Notes: generated from the sequence alone by a model not told the origin. DNA of 64,000 nucleotides from a bacterium (GCA_963675295.2 CAXXKJ010000002.1:3520001-3584000); one strand, 5' to 3'; shown: positions 11,289 to 21,430, counted from the first letter of the stretch. Made by a program: numbers and translations.

Positions 11289-14195
11289 TTACTTCATCAA
11301 CGTCACCTTGCGCACGGCGTTGAACTGGCCGGGTACGGACGCGTGAACGAAGTACAACCCGCTGGTCAGGGTAGACGCGTCGAAGGTGAGGCGATGGGTG
11401 CCAGCGGAGAAGGTGTCATGCGCCAGTGTCGCGACCTGCTGGCCGGTGATGTTGTAGACGGTGATGGTCAGGTTCGCTGTCTCCGGCAGGTCAACCGCGA
11501 CCGTGGTTTCCGGGTTGAACGGATTTGGATACGCCGCGCTGAGGTCGAATGTCACCGGTAACGAAGAGCTGCTGGTTCCAGAATGGTGTTCCTCGCCGGA
11601 TTCATCGAGCAGCGCTGTGCCGGGCACGCCGGGGTTGCCGTCGATCATGCCGGTGACCGGCCCGAGGCTGATGCTGTCGAAGCCTGGCTCGTCAATTGGG
11701 ATCGAGCTCGGGTTCTTGGTAAAGTCGAAGCTGTCTGAATTTGTCACCAGCGACGGGAAGATGCCGGTATAGACGCTGATCCGGTAGTCGCCTGCCGGCG
11801 CCACCTGCGGCACGTTCTGGTGCAGCAGGAAGTTGTGCACACCCGGTCCGGGATTGACATTGTGGAACACACGCTTGACATGCGGAACACCGCCGGTGAG
11901 GTAGGTGACGGTGATCCACGCATCAAAGCTCTCCACCGGTGAAGCGATGTCCAGCGAGGCGAAGTAGCTTAGCAACCCACCGATTGCAGGCACCTCAATC
12001 GGCGGAATCTGCAGCGGGGTGACGGTCAACGTGATCGGATCGGCCGGGATCGCGAAGGTGTTTTCCCACCACTGAATCTGCGATTCCTTGTTCGCGGAGG
12101 CGATCAGGTCGAGGCGACCGTCGCCGTTGAGGTCGGCCAGGTCGAGTCCGCGGGGCTTCTCGTAATCGCCGTGGATCAGGTGCATGGTGAAATTGCCGAA
12201 GCCGTCGTTCGCACACCAGCCAAGCGAATCCAGCTCCTCAGACGAAACGGCGAGATCCATCGTGCCGTTCCCGTCGATATCCCCCGCGACAACGTCGAAC
12301 GCGAGCGTGAAGTTCTGGATGATTTCGTGACGGGCGAAGTCCATCTGGCCGTCATTCTCGTACCACGCAATCAAGCCGCCGGCATACAACGCGCCCGCGA
12401 CATCGAGGTCGCCGTCATCGTCAATGTCAACCGGAACCGCCGAACGCATCCCATTCTGGCCAGACGCGATAATCTGCTTGCTGAACTGCTGCGCGCCATC
12501 ATTTTCGTACCAGACCAGCTCGTCCATGATCTGGCCGCAGGCGAGGATGTCGGTGTCGCCGTCCTGGTCGAGGTCGACCCCAACCGCGTCCGTCGCACGC
12601 GCGAATTCGGCGTCCACGGTGTGACGGGTGTAGCTGTTGTTGACATTCTCGTACCAGATGACGTCGTCGTCCGAGCGCGCGGTCGCAACGATGTCCATGT
12701 CGCCGTCAGAATCGATGTCGGCGGCGTGAACGGATCGGGCCTGGAAGGTGGTTTCGTCAATGATCAGCTCAGTGAATGTGAGGTCGCCGTTGTTGGTGTA
12801 GAGGCGAACATCATTCATCTCGCTGGCGGCGGTGAGGATGTCGGGGTACCCGTCCGCGTCCATGTCCTCGATCCAGAGGGCGTACACCCCCGGAAGGAAC
12901 CTGATTTCACTCTCTTCGTAGAGCTGATCGCCGGTGTTTTCGTACAGCAGCAGTCGATCGCCGGTTTTGGCTGCGCCGACGAGGTCAATATCGCCATCCA
13001 GGTCGAGGTCGCCGGCCTTCACGTCGGAGGCACCCCAAACACTGTTGTCCACGGCATGTTCGGTCCAATAGTCGTTGCGGGCACCGTACCAGACATGGAT
13101 TTCGTTCTGATCGCCGAGATTGCTCACCATCGCGAGCAGGTCCGGGACATCGTCCCCGTTCAGGTCGCCAACATCGAGCCCATAGAAACCAATCAGTGAA
13201 TCATCGACCGAATGTTCGATGTAGGCGTCATTGGCATCGTACTCATACCAGTAGATATCGTGATTGAAGCGTGACCAGCCGAAAACGTCCTCGTCGCCAT
13301 CATTGTCGATATCGATCATCAGTACGTCGTACGAACTGGGCGTGTTGTTCTCGAGGACCGTCGGGTACAGGTTACCGTTGCCATCGTTCTTGAAGATGGT
13401 GTAGGAATCATCCCCGTCAACAGCGGCGGCGATGTCGATGTCGCCATCGTTCTCGAAATCGCCGGTGGAAATGCCGCGCACATTATCGACATCCTCAGAG
13501 ATGATGTGCGTGGTGAACGGGAAGCTGCCTTCGTTCTCAAACCAGTAGAGTGTGCTGTTCTGGTTGCCAGCCGCGGCGACGTCCAGATCGCCGTCCCCAT
13601 CAAAGTCGGCGGCTTCCACATTGGTCACACCTTCGCAGGAATCGGAGATTACTTCCGCGGTGAAGATCTGATAGCCATTGTTCCAGAAATAGACGACTCG
13701 GTCGCCGTCGAACGAACCGGTGAGCACGTCAATGTCGCCGTCAAAATCGAAGTCGATGCACTGAACGCTGTAGATTTCGGACGAATTGGCGGCAATGATG
13801 TGCGTGGTAAACAGGTTGCCGCCGTCATTGTGATACCATTTGACGCGGTTGGTGCCGGAGACGGCGAGGTCGAGGGCGCCGTCACCGTCGATATCGGAGA
13901 CTTCGACATCAGTCGCGCCGATGAAGTTTCCATCAATGACCAGCGGGACATAATCTCCGAAGCCAACGTTGACCAGCAGGACGACGTTGCCGAAATCGTC
14001 ATTTCGTGAGGTGTAAACCAGGTCGAGATCGCCGTCATTGTCGATGTCGACGGTGGTCACATCGCGGCCGTCGTGGATGCCATCGACAAGCAATTGCGGT
14101 TCACCGAACCAGGTGGTGCTTGCGAAACCGGCGGGTGTCAGCGCGAGGATGGAGAGCAATGCGAGCCATCCGAGCACGTTAAGATGCCGATTCAT
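11289..14195 (-). CDS. Large FG-GAP-repeat secreted protein (about two propellers) with Ig-like domain and T9SS-like CTD
   Basis: About 14 DxDxDGDxD repeats; YPNPFNP...SGLYFV...RKVTLMK; SD GGAGG. Confidence 0.92.
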   Translation of the reverse strand: MNRHLNVLGWLALLSILALTPAGFASTTWFGEPQLLVDGIHDGRDVTTVDIDNDGDLDLVYTSRNDDFGNVVLLVNVGFGDYVPLVIDGNFIGATDVEVSDIDGDGALDLAVSGTNRVKWYHNDGGNLFTTHIIAANSSEIYSVQCIDFDFDGDIDVLTGSFDGDRVVYFWNNGYQIFTAEVISDSCEGVTNVEAADFDGDGDLDVAAAGNQNSTLYWFENEGSFPFTTHIISEDVDNVRGISTGDFENDGDIDIAAAVDGDDSYTIFKNDGNGNLYPTVLENNTPSSYDVLMIDIDNDGDEDVFGWSRFNHDIYWYEYDANDAYIEHSVDDSLIGFYGLDVGDLNGDDVPDLLAMVSNLGDQNEIHVWYGARNDYWTEHAVDNSVWGASDVKAGDLDLDGDIDLVGAAKTGDRLLLYENTGDQLYEESEIRFLPGVYALWIEDMDADGYPDILTAASEMNDVRLYTNNGDLTFTELIIDETTFQARSVHAADIDSDGDMDIVATARSDDDVIWYENVNNSYTRHTVDAEFARATDAVGVDLDQDGDTDILACGQIMDELVWYENDGAQQFSKQIIASGQNGMRSAVPVDIDDDGDLDVAGALYAGGLIAWYENDGQMDFARHEIIQNFTLAFDVVAGDIDGNGTMDLAVSSEELDSLGWCANDGFGNFTMHLIHGDYEKPRGLDLADLNGDGRLDLIASANKESQIQWWENTFAIPADPITLTVTPLQIPPIEVPAIGGLLSYFASLDIASPVESFDAWITVTYLTGGVPHVKRVFHNVNPGPGVHNFLLHQNVPQVAPAGDYRISVYTGIFPSLVTNSDSFDFTKNPSSIPIDEPGFDSISLGPVTGMIDGNPGVPGTALLDESGEEHHSGTSSSSLPVTFDLSAAYPNPFNPETTVAVDLPETANLTITVYNITGQQVATLAHDTFSAGTHRLTFDASTLTSGLYFVHASVPGQFNAVRKVTLMK

Positions 14196-14503
14196 GATTC
14201 CTCCCTATCCCTGTCATTGCGCACAGTCTGCTGATCCGGTGCATATTTGAAGCTATGTCTGCACAGTATGCACGCAGTTCTCATGCATCCAGGATCATCA
14301 CCCCCGGGCTGAAGACCGTAGCAATCCCCTGTAATAAAAGAGATTACGGTTTGCGCAATGTTATGACCACATCAGTACTGCGCAAGATCCGCGCCTGAAT
14401 TGTAGAATTCAGGATACTGCGGGTGTTGTCAGCTTGGAGTATGGCCAGAATTGCACGAGAAAACTACAACTCAATCCGTAAAAAGAGAAAAAACGCGCTC
14501 CGA

Positions 14504-14851
14504 TCAGAGCGGCAGGATGAGATCGGCTGCCAGCATGGTTTCGGTGATTTCGACCATGTTGGACGTATTCCCGACGGCAAGGTCGCCGTTGAGCTCAAAA
14601 TGGTTCAGGCAAGTGCCGCAGCAGAGCAGCTTGACCCCGCGCGCCTCGAACTCCCGCAGGATGTCGAGCACCGGCGAGTCGGCGATGCAGAGGTAGACGC
14701 CACGGTTGAAAAACACGATTGCGGCGGGATCGGGGTGGATTTCGGCAAGTACATTGACGAAGCTTGCGGCCAGACGTGCGCCCAATTCATCGTCGCCACG
14801 GCCCATTGTGTCACTGCTGAATCGAACGACCACCTGCTTGTCTGCGCTCAA
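14504..14851 (-). CDS. DsrE-like protein resembling the C-terminal domain of selenium-metabolism YedF proteins
   Basis: MGRGDDELG..L; FFNRGVYL; CCGTCLNHF; VGNTSNM. Confidence 0.8.
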   Translation of the reverse strand: MSADKQVVVRFSSDTMGRGDDELGARLAASFVNVLAEIHPDPAAIVFFNRGVYLCIADSPVLDILREFEARGVKLLCCGTCLNHFELNGDLAVGNTSNMVEITETMLAADLILPL

Positions 14852-14899
14852 CTCGACGTCCCCCCGTGCTGATGTGATTTGATGATGATCTGCTGTGGA

Positions 14900-15652
14900 T
14901 TATGTCGCAGCGGTCGCTGTTTGCGGATCGGCCAGCGAGAAAAACGCCTGCTCGAGATCTTCGGTGCCGGTCTGGCTGAGGATTTCGGCAAGTGTGCCGG
15001 TCGCCTTGATCTCGCCGTCATGCATGATCGCGATCCGGTCACAGAGGTTCTCTGCCTCGCGCAGGTAGTGCGTTGAAAACAGTAGCGTCACCCCCCCGCT
15101 GCGGCCTTCCCGGATGAATTCGGTGATGTGCCGCGCACTGATCGGATCAAGCCCGGCAGTGGGTTCGTCGAAGATCATCAGCTCCGGCTGCTGGATCACC
15201 GCCCGTGCGATGCTTGTCCGCTGGCGCTGCCCGGTTGACAGCTTGCCGATCTTGGTGTCGATGAATTCGTCAAGGCCGAAGCGTTTCGCGACCCGGTCGA
15301 TGGCAGCGAGACGGTCGACTTTGCTCAGGCCGAACAGGTTTGCGTAATAGGTCAGCATCTCACGCGGTGTGAGCCGGGTATAGAGGTTCGTATCGCCGGT
15401 GAGGTAGCCGATGTGTTCCCGGACCTTGGCGGGTTCGGCGGTGACGTCATGACCGGCGACGACGGCCGTTCCCGTGGTCGGCTGAAGGATGGTCGCGAGC
15501 ATGCGCAGGGTGGTGGTTTTGCCCGCGCCGTTGGTGCCGAGCAGGCCGAAAATCTCACCCTTGCGAACCTCGAAGCTGATGGATTTTACCGCTTCGATCT
15601 TGCCCCGTTTGCGGTCCTCGAAGGTTTTGCTCAACCCGCGCACGTCAATCAT
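14900..15652 (-). CDS. ABC transporter ATP-binding protein (NatA-like)
   Basis: GTNGAGKTT Walker A; LSTGQRQR signature; IFDEPT; STH; start MIDVRGL. Confidence 0.9.
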   Translation of the reverse strand: MIDVRGLSKTFEDRKRGKIEAVKSISFEVRKGEIFGLLGTNGAGKTTTLRMLATILQPTTGTAVVAGHDVTAEPAKVREHIGYLTGDTNLYTRLTPREMLTYYANLFGLSKVDRLAAIDRVAKRFGLDEFIDTKIGKLSTGQRQRTSIARAVIQQPELMIFDEPTAGLDPISARHITEFIREGRSGGVTLLFSTHYLREAENLCDRIAIMHDGEIKATGTLAEILSQTGTEDLEQAFFSLADPQTATAAT

Positions 15653-15660
15653 GGGAAGTC

Positions 15661-15691
15661 CGTCTCTCGTCTCTGGTCTTTGGTCTCTCGG
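15661..15691 (-). repeat. GACNARA 7-mer array directly upstream of the ABC ATPase start
   Basis: Minus strand: ccgaga gaccaaa gaccaga gacgaga gacg gacttccc ATG. Confidence 0.7.
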
Positions 15692-15722
15692 AAAACAAAC
15701 TGCGTTGTTCGCGTTACGGTAT

Positions 15723-15885
15723 GTGCCCCTGATGGCTACGCCAGCAGGGATGAACAACCTGATACAAACTGTGAAGTGCCGGAGTATCCGCGTTTGCAAG
15801 CAAACACGGGCACTTCCTCAGGTGTAGTCTACCCCTATCGGCTTGCTGGTCGGGATGATCCGCGTTTGCAAGCAAACACGGGCAC
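15723..15885. repeat. REP-like cluster (REP-A, REP-B, GTAG-foot hairpin, REP-B)
   Basis: GTGC-CCCTGATGGC-tac-GCCAGCAGGG-AT at 15723; CCGCGTTTGC-aa-GCAAACACGG-GCAC at 15788 and 15860; both types recur elsewhere in the window. Confidence 0.85.
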
Positions 15886-15908
15886 TTCAGACTTTCTTTA
15901 TCAATACC

Positions 15909-15935
15909 CTACAGCCCGCAGCCCGCAGCCCGAAA
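15909..15935 (-). repeat. GGGCTGY 7-mer array after GWxTD stop
   Basis: Minus strand: TAG tttc gggctgc gggctgc gggctgt ag. Confidence 0.65.
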
Positions 15936-17354
15936 CTACCGTGAAAACTCGATCTCGTACCAGTAGGGGTTGTTCACCTCGCCCTTCTTCGTCGAATGCA
16001 CTTGGGTGTACTCACTCAGGTTGTTGCGGTCGACGAAGACGTAGATGATGCCGCCCTCGATCTGGTGGTATTCCCACACCTGCCACGCGCCGTTGGTGGT
16101 GCCGTCGAATGGGTGGTCGTCGATGTAGTCCGGCTCACCGTGCAGCAGCAGAACGCGTCCGCGGTCGGTGCTCCAGCCTTCGCGTTGCAGGCTGCCGTAG
16201 CGATCATTCGCAATCTGGAGCCGCCGCAGGTATTCCTGGCGGAATTCGTTGATCGCGGTGGTGGTATCCGGATCGTTGGCAGACCAGAACCGGCCGAGGA
16301 AGGATCGTTTCGCACTTGGTCCTTCGAGATCCTTCATCGCCTTGCGGACACGATCATTCAGCAGATACCGGATCGCGGACAACTCCTGTTCGAGCTCTTC
16401 CTCGGTAAGAGCGTCAACATCGAAACCCGGATCAATGCGCGGCACGATGGCGATATCCTCATCCGGCCGGTAGACCCAGAAGTTACGATCAGCGGTCGCC
16501 TGCGTACCGGTCATGATGTCCGTCGCGACAATGCGCAAGGTGTAGACGCCGGTGCGCAACGTGGCCGCACTGAATGCGTCCACATCGACGACCGCCGCGC
16601 CCGGGACATTACGGACTCGGCGTTCGAAACGCCGCAGCACGGCACCTCGGTCATCCAGCAGGGCACGGTCGATCCAGTAGGTGGCAGTGTCTTCCTGGGT
16701 CAGGTTGTACACCTCGACATAATAGAATATCTGCGGGTTGGAGGTGCCGAACATGCGTTCCGCGTTCGGGAGCACCAGCAGGCCATTGTGGTTGAATTCA
16801 GCGACATCACCCTCGGCCTTCTCGATGCGTGACGCGAGCAGGATGTCGGAAATCTGGATACCGTCCGTCGGGATCGCCTCCGCACTGATCGCGTATTCCT
16901 CGACATAGTACTGGTTGTTGACTTCGTCCACGACTCGCACCGCGATGCGGTAGTCGCCCGGCTGGATCATGTATTTCACCAGTTCGGGGATTTTCTGTCC
17001 GTAGGAACGAAGGGAATCGTTCTGCGACCAGTCGGTGCGCACCCAGGAATCGCCAATCAGCAGGCTGTCGTTGTGCAGCACCTGGAACGTGATTTCGTAG
17101 CGGGCCTGCACACCGTTATCGTGGGCGGGCTCGAGGCCGAGGTAGCTGCGGTCGATCAACGCGTAGACTTCGAGCTGGAGATGCTCGTCGTCGTAGCGGA
17201 AAACCGAGTGATCGACGGTAAAGAACTTCAGGTCGCTGCGCTCGGGACCGGTCGTAGTTTCGTCGGCCATCTCGTCTTGCGCCATGACCATCGGGACTGT
17301 GACGATCAGCATCAGGATCAAAGCGGGCAATAGCAGGTTCAGCGTGCGTCTCAT
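15936..17354 (-). CDS. GWxTD domain-containing periplasmic protein
   Basis: Signal peptide; FW..NDP.T.T.INEF..EY..R...AN..Y; GWSTDRGRV...HGEPD; overlaps smc stop (ATGA). Confidence 0.9.
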   Translation of the reverse strand: MRRTLNLLLPALILMLIVTVPMVMAQDEMADETTTGPERSDLKFFTVDHSVFRYDDEHLQLEVYALIDRSYLGLEPAHDNGVQARYEITFQVLHNDSLLIGDSWVRTDWSQNDSLRSYGQKIPELVKYMIQPGDYRIAVRVVDEVNNQYYVEEYAISAEAIPTDGIQISDILLASRIEKAEGDVAEFNHNGLLVLPNAERMFGTSNPQIFYYVEVYNLTQEDTATYWIDRALLDDRGAVLRRFERRVRNVPGAAVVDVDAFSAATLRTGVYTLRIVATDIMTGTQATADRNFWVYRPDEDIAIVPRIDPGFDVDALTEEELEQELSAIRYLLNDRVRKAMKDLEGPSAKRSFLGRFWSANDPDTTTAINEFRQEYLRRLQIANDRYGSLQREGWSTDRGRVLLLHGEPDYIDDHPFDGTTNGAWQVWEYHQIEGGIIYVFVDRNNLSEYTQVHSTKKGEVNNPYWYEIEFSR

Positions 17355-20300
17355 GAGTCCACCTCTTCAGGCTCGGTTCGTCCGATTTCGACCGCCACCA
17401 GTTTGGACACACCTTCTTCTTCCATGGTGACGCCGTACAGCCGGTCGGCGCGTTCCATCGTCAATTTGTTGTGCGTGACGACGAGGAACTGGGTCCGGTC
17501 GGTAAATTCTCGGAGGAGCCGGTTGAATCGTATCACATTCACGTCATCCAACGGCGCATCGACTTCGTCGAGGAAGCAGAAGGGTGACGGTCTTTCAAGG
17601 TACAACGCGAACAGCAGCGCGATGGCAGTCATCGCTTTTTCGCCGCCGGACAGGAGGTCAATGCTCGACAGCTTCTTGCCTTTCGGACTGGCGAAAATGT
17701 GAATCCCGGCCTCGAGCGGGTCGCCTTCCGCCAATGACAATGCCGCTTCTCCCCCGCCGAAAAGACGGCTGAAGAGACCGACAAAGTGGCCTTCGACACG
17801 GCTGAAGGTTTCGAGGAAACGTTTCCGCGCGATGCTGTTGATCTCGCGAATGGTGTCCTCGAGAGCGTTGACCGCGCGTTCGAGGTCGTCGTTCTGTTCG
17901 GTCAGCTGCTTCCAGCGGCGGTCAACGACTTCGTATTCCTCGAGCGCCATCTGGTTGACCGGGCCGAAATCGCGCACCTGTTCACGCAATTCACCGAGCG
18001 GAAGCTCGAGGTACGGGTTGTCATCATCGACGGCGAGCGGCAACTCTTCCTGCTTTTTTGTCATCAGGTCGATGTCGTACGCTTCAAGGATGCGTTCCCG
18101 CACCGAACTCAGCCGGTGCAGCATGTCCTTGCGTTCGAGCTCACGGTTGTGTACACGGTCGCTGAGCCGGGTTTGTTCTTCGCGGCGTTGCGAGAGGAAG
18201 CCGTCAATCTCGGAGCGTTGCTGCTGCAGCTTTTCGTACTGCTTGCGTTGCTTCGACAGCTCGGCCCGCTGCTGCTCAACTTCCTTCTCCAGCAATTCGG
18301 CTTCGCCCTGCAGGCGGCGGAGACGGTCGAGCGCGTCTTCAAGCGCGCCACCGGCGGTGTCGCGTTCCTGGCGCAACCGTTCCAGCTGATGTTCGTATTC
18401 TTCCTGCAACGCCAGCTGACGGGACAGTTCACCACGAACTCGTGCAAGTGCGGACGACGCCTCGACCTGCTTCTCACGAAGCTGGTCGCGGGCAGTGCGC
18501 AACGCTTCGCCTTCCTGCCGCAGATCTTCGCCCTGGGCACGGATTTCAGCGTACAACGCGTTGGCGTCCTTCAATGTCGCGACAACACCGGCCAGTTCCT
18601 TACGCAATGTGGTCTGCTGCGTTTCGAGGTCCGATTTTTCCTGCTGCAGACGGGCGGTTTCTTCTTCCGCGCGTTGAACACGGGACTGGTAGTCGCGCCA
18701 CTCGGTTTCCACCTTGCGCAAGATTGATTCCTGCGCCTTGACCGCTTCCCGCAGCCGGGTGTGTTCGGTCTCGGCCTTGATGCGAGCGTCACGGGTGGCT
18801 TCGGCGTCCTGGCGTGCGACGGTAAGTTCGGCCTGCATTGCGTCGTGCGCGCGTTCGAGGTCCTGCGTCAGCCGAGTTGCATCGTCGAGCAGACCCGACG
18901 CGCCGAGGTCGTCCACACTGGCCTGACCAGCAGAAATCCGGCCATCCGGGTGCAATGCGCAGCCTTCCGGCGTGACCAGCCCAAAGCTACCGCGGGCCTG
19001 TTCCGCCAGATCGAGCAGCGTCGCGAGATCAGGTACAAGCCCGTAGCGTTGCAGGTGCGCCCGGGCGGCCTCCCCCGCCGCACCGCGAATTTCGACGTGA
19101 TCCACCAGCGGTGCGACTCGTGAATCGTCCGGCAGGTTCACCGGCCCGGGTGATGATTTCGGTGCCAGCGCCAGCGCGGCGCGGCCCTTGTCGCGGTTCT
19201 GTAGAAACTCAACGGCCTGGTTCACGCTTCCTGCCGCCACGACGATCGCGTCCGCGAAGGACTCAATTGCCGCCGCAACAGCAGCCTGGTGCTGCTTCTT
19301 CTTGACGACGACGGCGTCGCCCAGCCGACCGTGGACCTCGTCAAACCCGGCGGTCAGCAAGGCCTGCACCGCTTCCGAACGGCCGACGCCACCACGCACG
19401 ATTCCCTCGAGGAACTTGACCCGTTCGCGGGCACTGTTCAGGTCGCGCGCGAGGCCGACGGCGTTCTTCTCGGATTCGCCGAGCTCATTGCGTTTCGTCT
19501 CTTCAATTGCACGCGCGTCGCCAACTGCGGTTTCGGCACTGGCCAGCTTCTGCTGCAACGTTTCCAGGGCGGCGGTCGCGGAATCCGGCGATTCTGGCGC
19601 GTTCGGCGCTTTGGCCTGTTCGGCGGTAGCCAGCAGGTTGTTGATCGCGAGCAGACGCTGGTCCGCGCGTTTCAGGTCACCGTCCACGCGGGCCTGTTCG
19701 CGTTCCGCCTTGACCCGTTCCCGTTCGGCGTTGTCGCGACGCTGGTTGTAGTTGCGTTGCCGGCCCTGCAGATCGTCCCACGTGTCCCGCATGCCCTCGA
19801 GGCGTTGCTCGATCTCACGGGCGCGATCACCGGCGCGTTCGTCCTTCTCGGCCAAGTCACGCAGGGCTTCGCCGACATCGACCAACCGCTGGCTGAGCGT
19901 CTCTTCCTCGGTTTCCCGTTGCTCGCTGCGAGCTCGCACCGAACGGATGCGCTCGTTCAGCACCTCGATCTCGCTACGGGCGTTGGTCAGCCGGTCCTCG
20001 GCCTGGGCCTTGTCTGCGCCAAGAGATTGCAGCGTTTCTTCCTGCGCGGACAGCTTGCCATGAATTTCACGCAGCGAACGCGCTTCCTTGTCGAGCACGG
20101 TCGTCAGTTCATCCCGCCGCTTTGTGTCCTGCGCGATGGATTGCTCGAGTGGCGCGATTTTCGCCTGCAGTTCAAGGATTTCGGCGGACGAGGCTTTCAA
20201 CTCGATGACACGCAACGCCTCACGCAGGAAGCGGTACCGCCGCGCCTTGTTCACCTGGCGTTTAAGCGAGTTGCGGCGTGTGGTGACTTCATTCAGCAGG

Positions 20301-20878
20301 TCGGCGAGACGGACGAGATCGGAGCGGGTTTCGTTGAGCCGGTAACGGGTCGTTTTCAACTTCGCCTTGTACCCGGTGACCCCGGCGGCTTCCTCGAACA
20401 GGCGTCGGCGTTCATCGGTGCGGGCCGAGAGGATCGTCTCGACCATCTTCAGTTCGATGATGCTGTAGCTGTCCGGCCCGAGGCCGGTATCGGCGAAAAG
20501 ATTGCGGATGTCTTTGAGACGGCTGGGCCGGCGGTTGATGAGGTAGCCGGAATCGCCTTCACGGTCGAGACGGCGGGTGATGGCGATTTCGGTATACTCT
20601 TCCGGGAGTACGCCACGATCATTCTCGAGCACGAGGGTTACTTCCGCCCGGCCCGATTGCTTCTGCCGTAACGACCCGGAGAAGATGACGTGTTCCATCT
20701 TGTCGCTGCGGAGCACGGTGGAACGCTGTTCGCCGAGTACCCAGCGGACGGCGTCGACGATGTTCGTCTTGCCGCAGCCATTGGGACCGACGATTGCCAT
20801 AACACCGGGCGTGAAGGTCAGCTTGGTCTTATGGGGAAAGGATTTGAAACCGTGAATCTCAAGCCCGCTGAGGTGCAC
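17351..20878 (-). CDS. smc: Chromosome segregation protein SMC
   Basis: GFKSF, GPNGCGKTN, coiled coils, hinge, LSGGEKA, FCFLDEVDAPLD; GTG start with SD GAGGAGG. Confidence 0.97.
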   Translation of the reverse strand: MHLSGLEIHGFKSFPHKTKLTFTPGVMAIVGPNGCGKTNIVDAVRWVLGEQRSTVLRSDKMEHVIFSGSLRQKQSGRAEVTLVLENDRGVLPEEYTEIAITRRLDREGDSGYLINRRPSRLKDIRNLFADTGLGPDSYSIIELKMVETILSARTDERRRLFEEAAGVTGYKAKLKTTRYRLNETRSDLVRLADLLNEVTTRRNSLKRQVNKARRYRFLREALRVIELKASSAEILELQAKIAPLEQSIAQDTKRRDELTTVLDKEARSLREIHGKLSAQEETLQSLGADKAQAEDRLTNARSEIEVLNERIRSVRARSEQRETEEETLSQRLVDVGEALRDLAEKDERAGDRAREIEQRLEGMRDTWDDLQGRQRNYNQRRDNAERERVKAEREQARVDGDLKRADQRLLAINNLLATAEQAKAPNAPESPDSATAALETLQQKLASAETAVGDARAIEETKRNELGESEKNAVGLARDLNSARERVKFLEGIVRGGVGRSEAVQALLTAGFDEVHGRLGDAVVVKKKQHQAAVAAAIESFADAIVVAAGSVNQAVEFLQNRDKGRAALALAPKSSPGPVNLPDDSRVAPLVDHVEIRGAAGEAARAHLQRYGLVPDLATLLDLAEQARGSFGLVTPEGCALHPDGRISAGQASVDDLGASGLLDDATRLTQDLERAHDAMQAELTVARQDAEATRDARIKAETEHTRLREAVKAQESILRKVETEWRDYQSRVQRAEEETARLQQEKSDLETQQTTLRKELAGVVATLKDANALYAEIRAQGEDLRQEGEALRTARDQLREKQVEASSALARVRGELSRQLALQEEYEHQLERLRQERDTAGGALEDALDRLRRLQGEAELLEKEVEQQRAELSKQRKQYEKLQQQRSEIDGFLSQRREEQTRLSDRVHNRELERKDMLHRLSSVRERILEAYDIDLMTKKQEELPLAVDDDNPYLELPLGELREQVRDFGPVNQMALEEYEVVDRRWKQLTEQNDDLERAVNALEDTIREINSIARKRFLETFSRVEGHFVGLFSRLFGGGEAALSLAEGDPLEAGIHIFASPKGKKLSSIDLLSGGEKAMTAIALLFALYLERPSPFCFLDEVDAPLDDVNVIRFNRLLREFTDRTQFLVVTHNKLTMERADRLYGVTMEEEGVSKLVAVEIGRTEPEEVDS

Positions 20879-20942
20879 ACTCCTCCTCGTCCATCGGTTG
20901 GTAGGTTGAACAACGATCCCGCGCCCGTGGGAACCTCTGGTT

Positions 20943-20951
20943 TGTTAAAAT
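20943..20951 (+). promoter_or_regulatory. Extended -10 element TGnTAAAAT
   Basis: TG-T-TAAAAT, a few nt upstream of the candidate RNA rod. Confidence 0.4.
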
Positions 20952-20956
20952 AGAGT

Positions 20957-21119
20957 GTGGAGAGGACGGTATTCAACGTGGATGCGAGGGTTTGACGATC
21001 TCGCTCCCTTTTGTGTCGATGAAGTTCGCGGCTGGAGTTCCGGGAGCAGGATCGCTCCGGGAGGACACAACCAAGCTGCCGGTTTTGCATCAATAACGGG
21101 GAGAGGGTACCCTCTCGAC
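20957..21119 (+). ncRNA. Candidate rod-shaped non-coding RNA (6S-like)
   Basis: GTGGAGAGG/CCTCTCGAC closing stem; GATGC/GCATC; CGATCTCGCTCCC/GGGAGCAGGATCG inner stem; asymmetric central bubble; about 163 nt. Confidence 0.4.
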
Positions 21120-21154
21120 GACGTGTTAACCGTTAACGGAAACCGATAGAAACC

Positions 21155-21361
21155 ATGCCAACGTATACGTACGCTTGCCCGGAGTGTGGCAGCCGCTTCA
21201 ACCTGTTTCATTCGATCAGCGATGACAGCGCGAAACAGTGCCCGGAATGCGGCGCAACGGCTCAGCGTCAGATGGGCGGAGGGTCCGCCTGGAGTGGTGG
21301 CAGCAAAACCGGCTTGTCCTCCGCACCAGCGCCGTCCATCCCGCGCGGCGGCTTCACGTGA
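21155..21361 (+). CDS. FmdB-family zinc-ribbon protein
   Basis: MPTYTYACPECG..F...CPECG. Confidence 0.9.
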   Translation: MPTYTYACPECGSRFNLFHSISDDSAKQCPECGATAQRQMGGGSAWSGGSKTGLSSAPAPSIPRGGFT

Positions 21362-21430
21362 GCGGGCGGATGCTGATCCACCGGGTGTGGATCGTTTCAG
21401 AATGTCGAGCGTCTACGCGCTCAGAGCTGA

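Noticed and set aside
14504-14851. Selenocysteine recoding in or near the YedF-like gene
   Set aside because: No in-frame TGA at a Cys-equivalent position and no SECIS-like hairpin was evident
15653-15799. N-terminal extension of the ABC ATPase given in the ORF track
   Set aside because: It runs through REP and heptamer repeats; homology starts at MIDVRGL
15723-15885. CRISPR array from 28-bp palindromic repeats with spacers
   Set aside because: Only two identical copies here, mixed repeat types and orientations, dispersed copies elsewhere, and no cas genes
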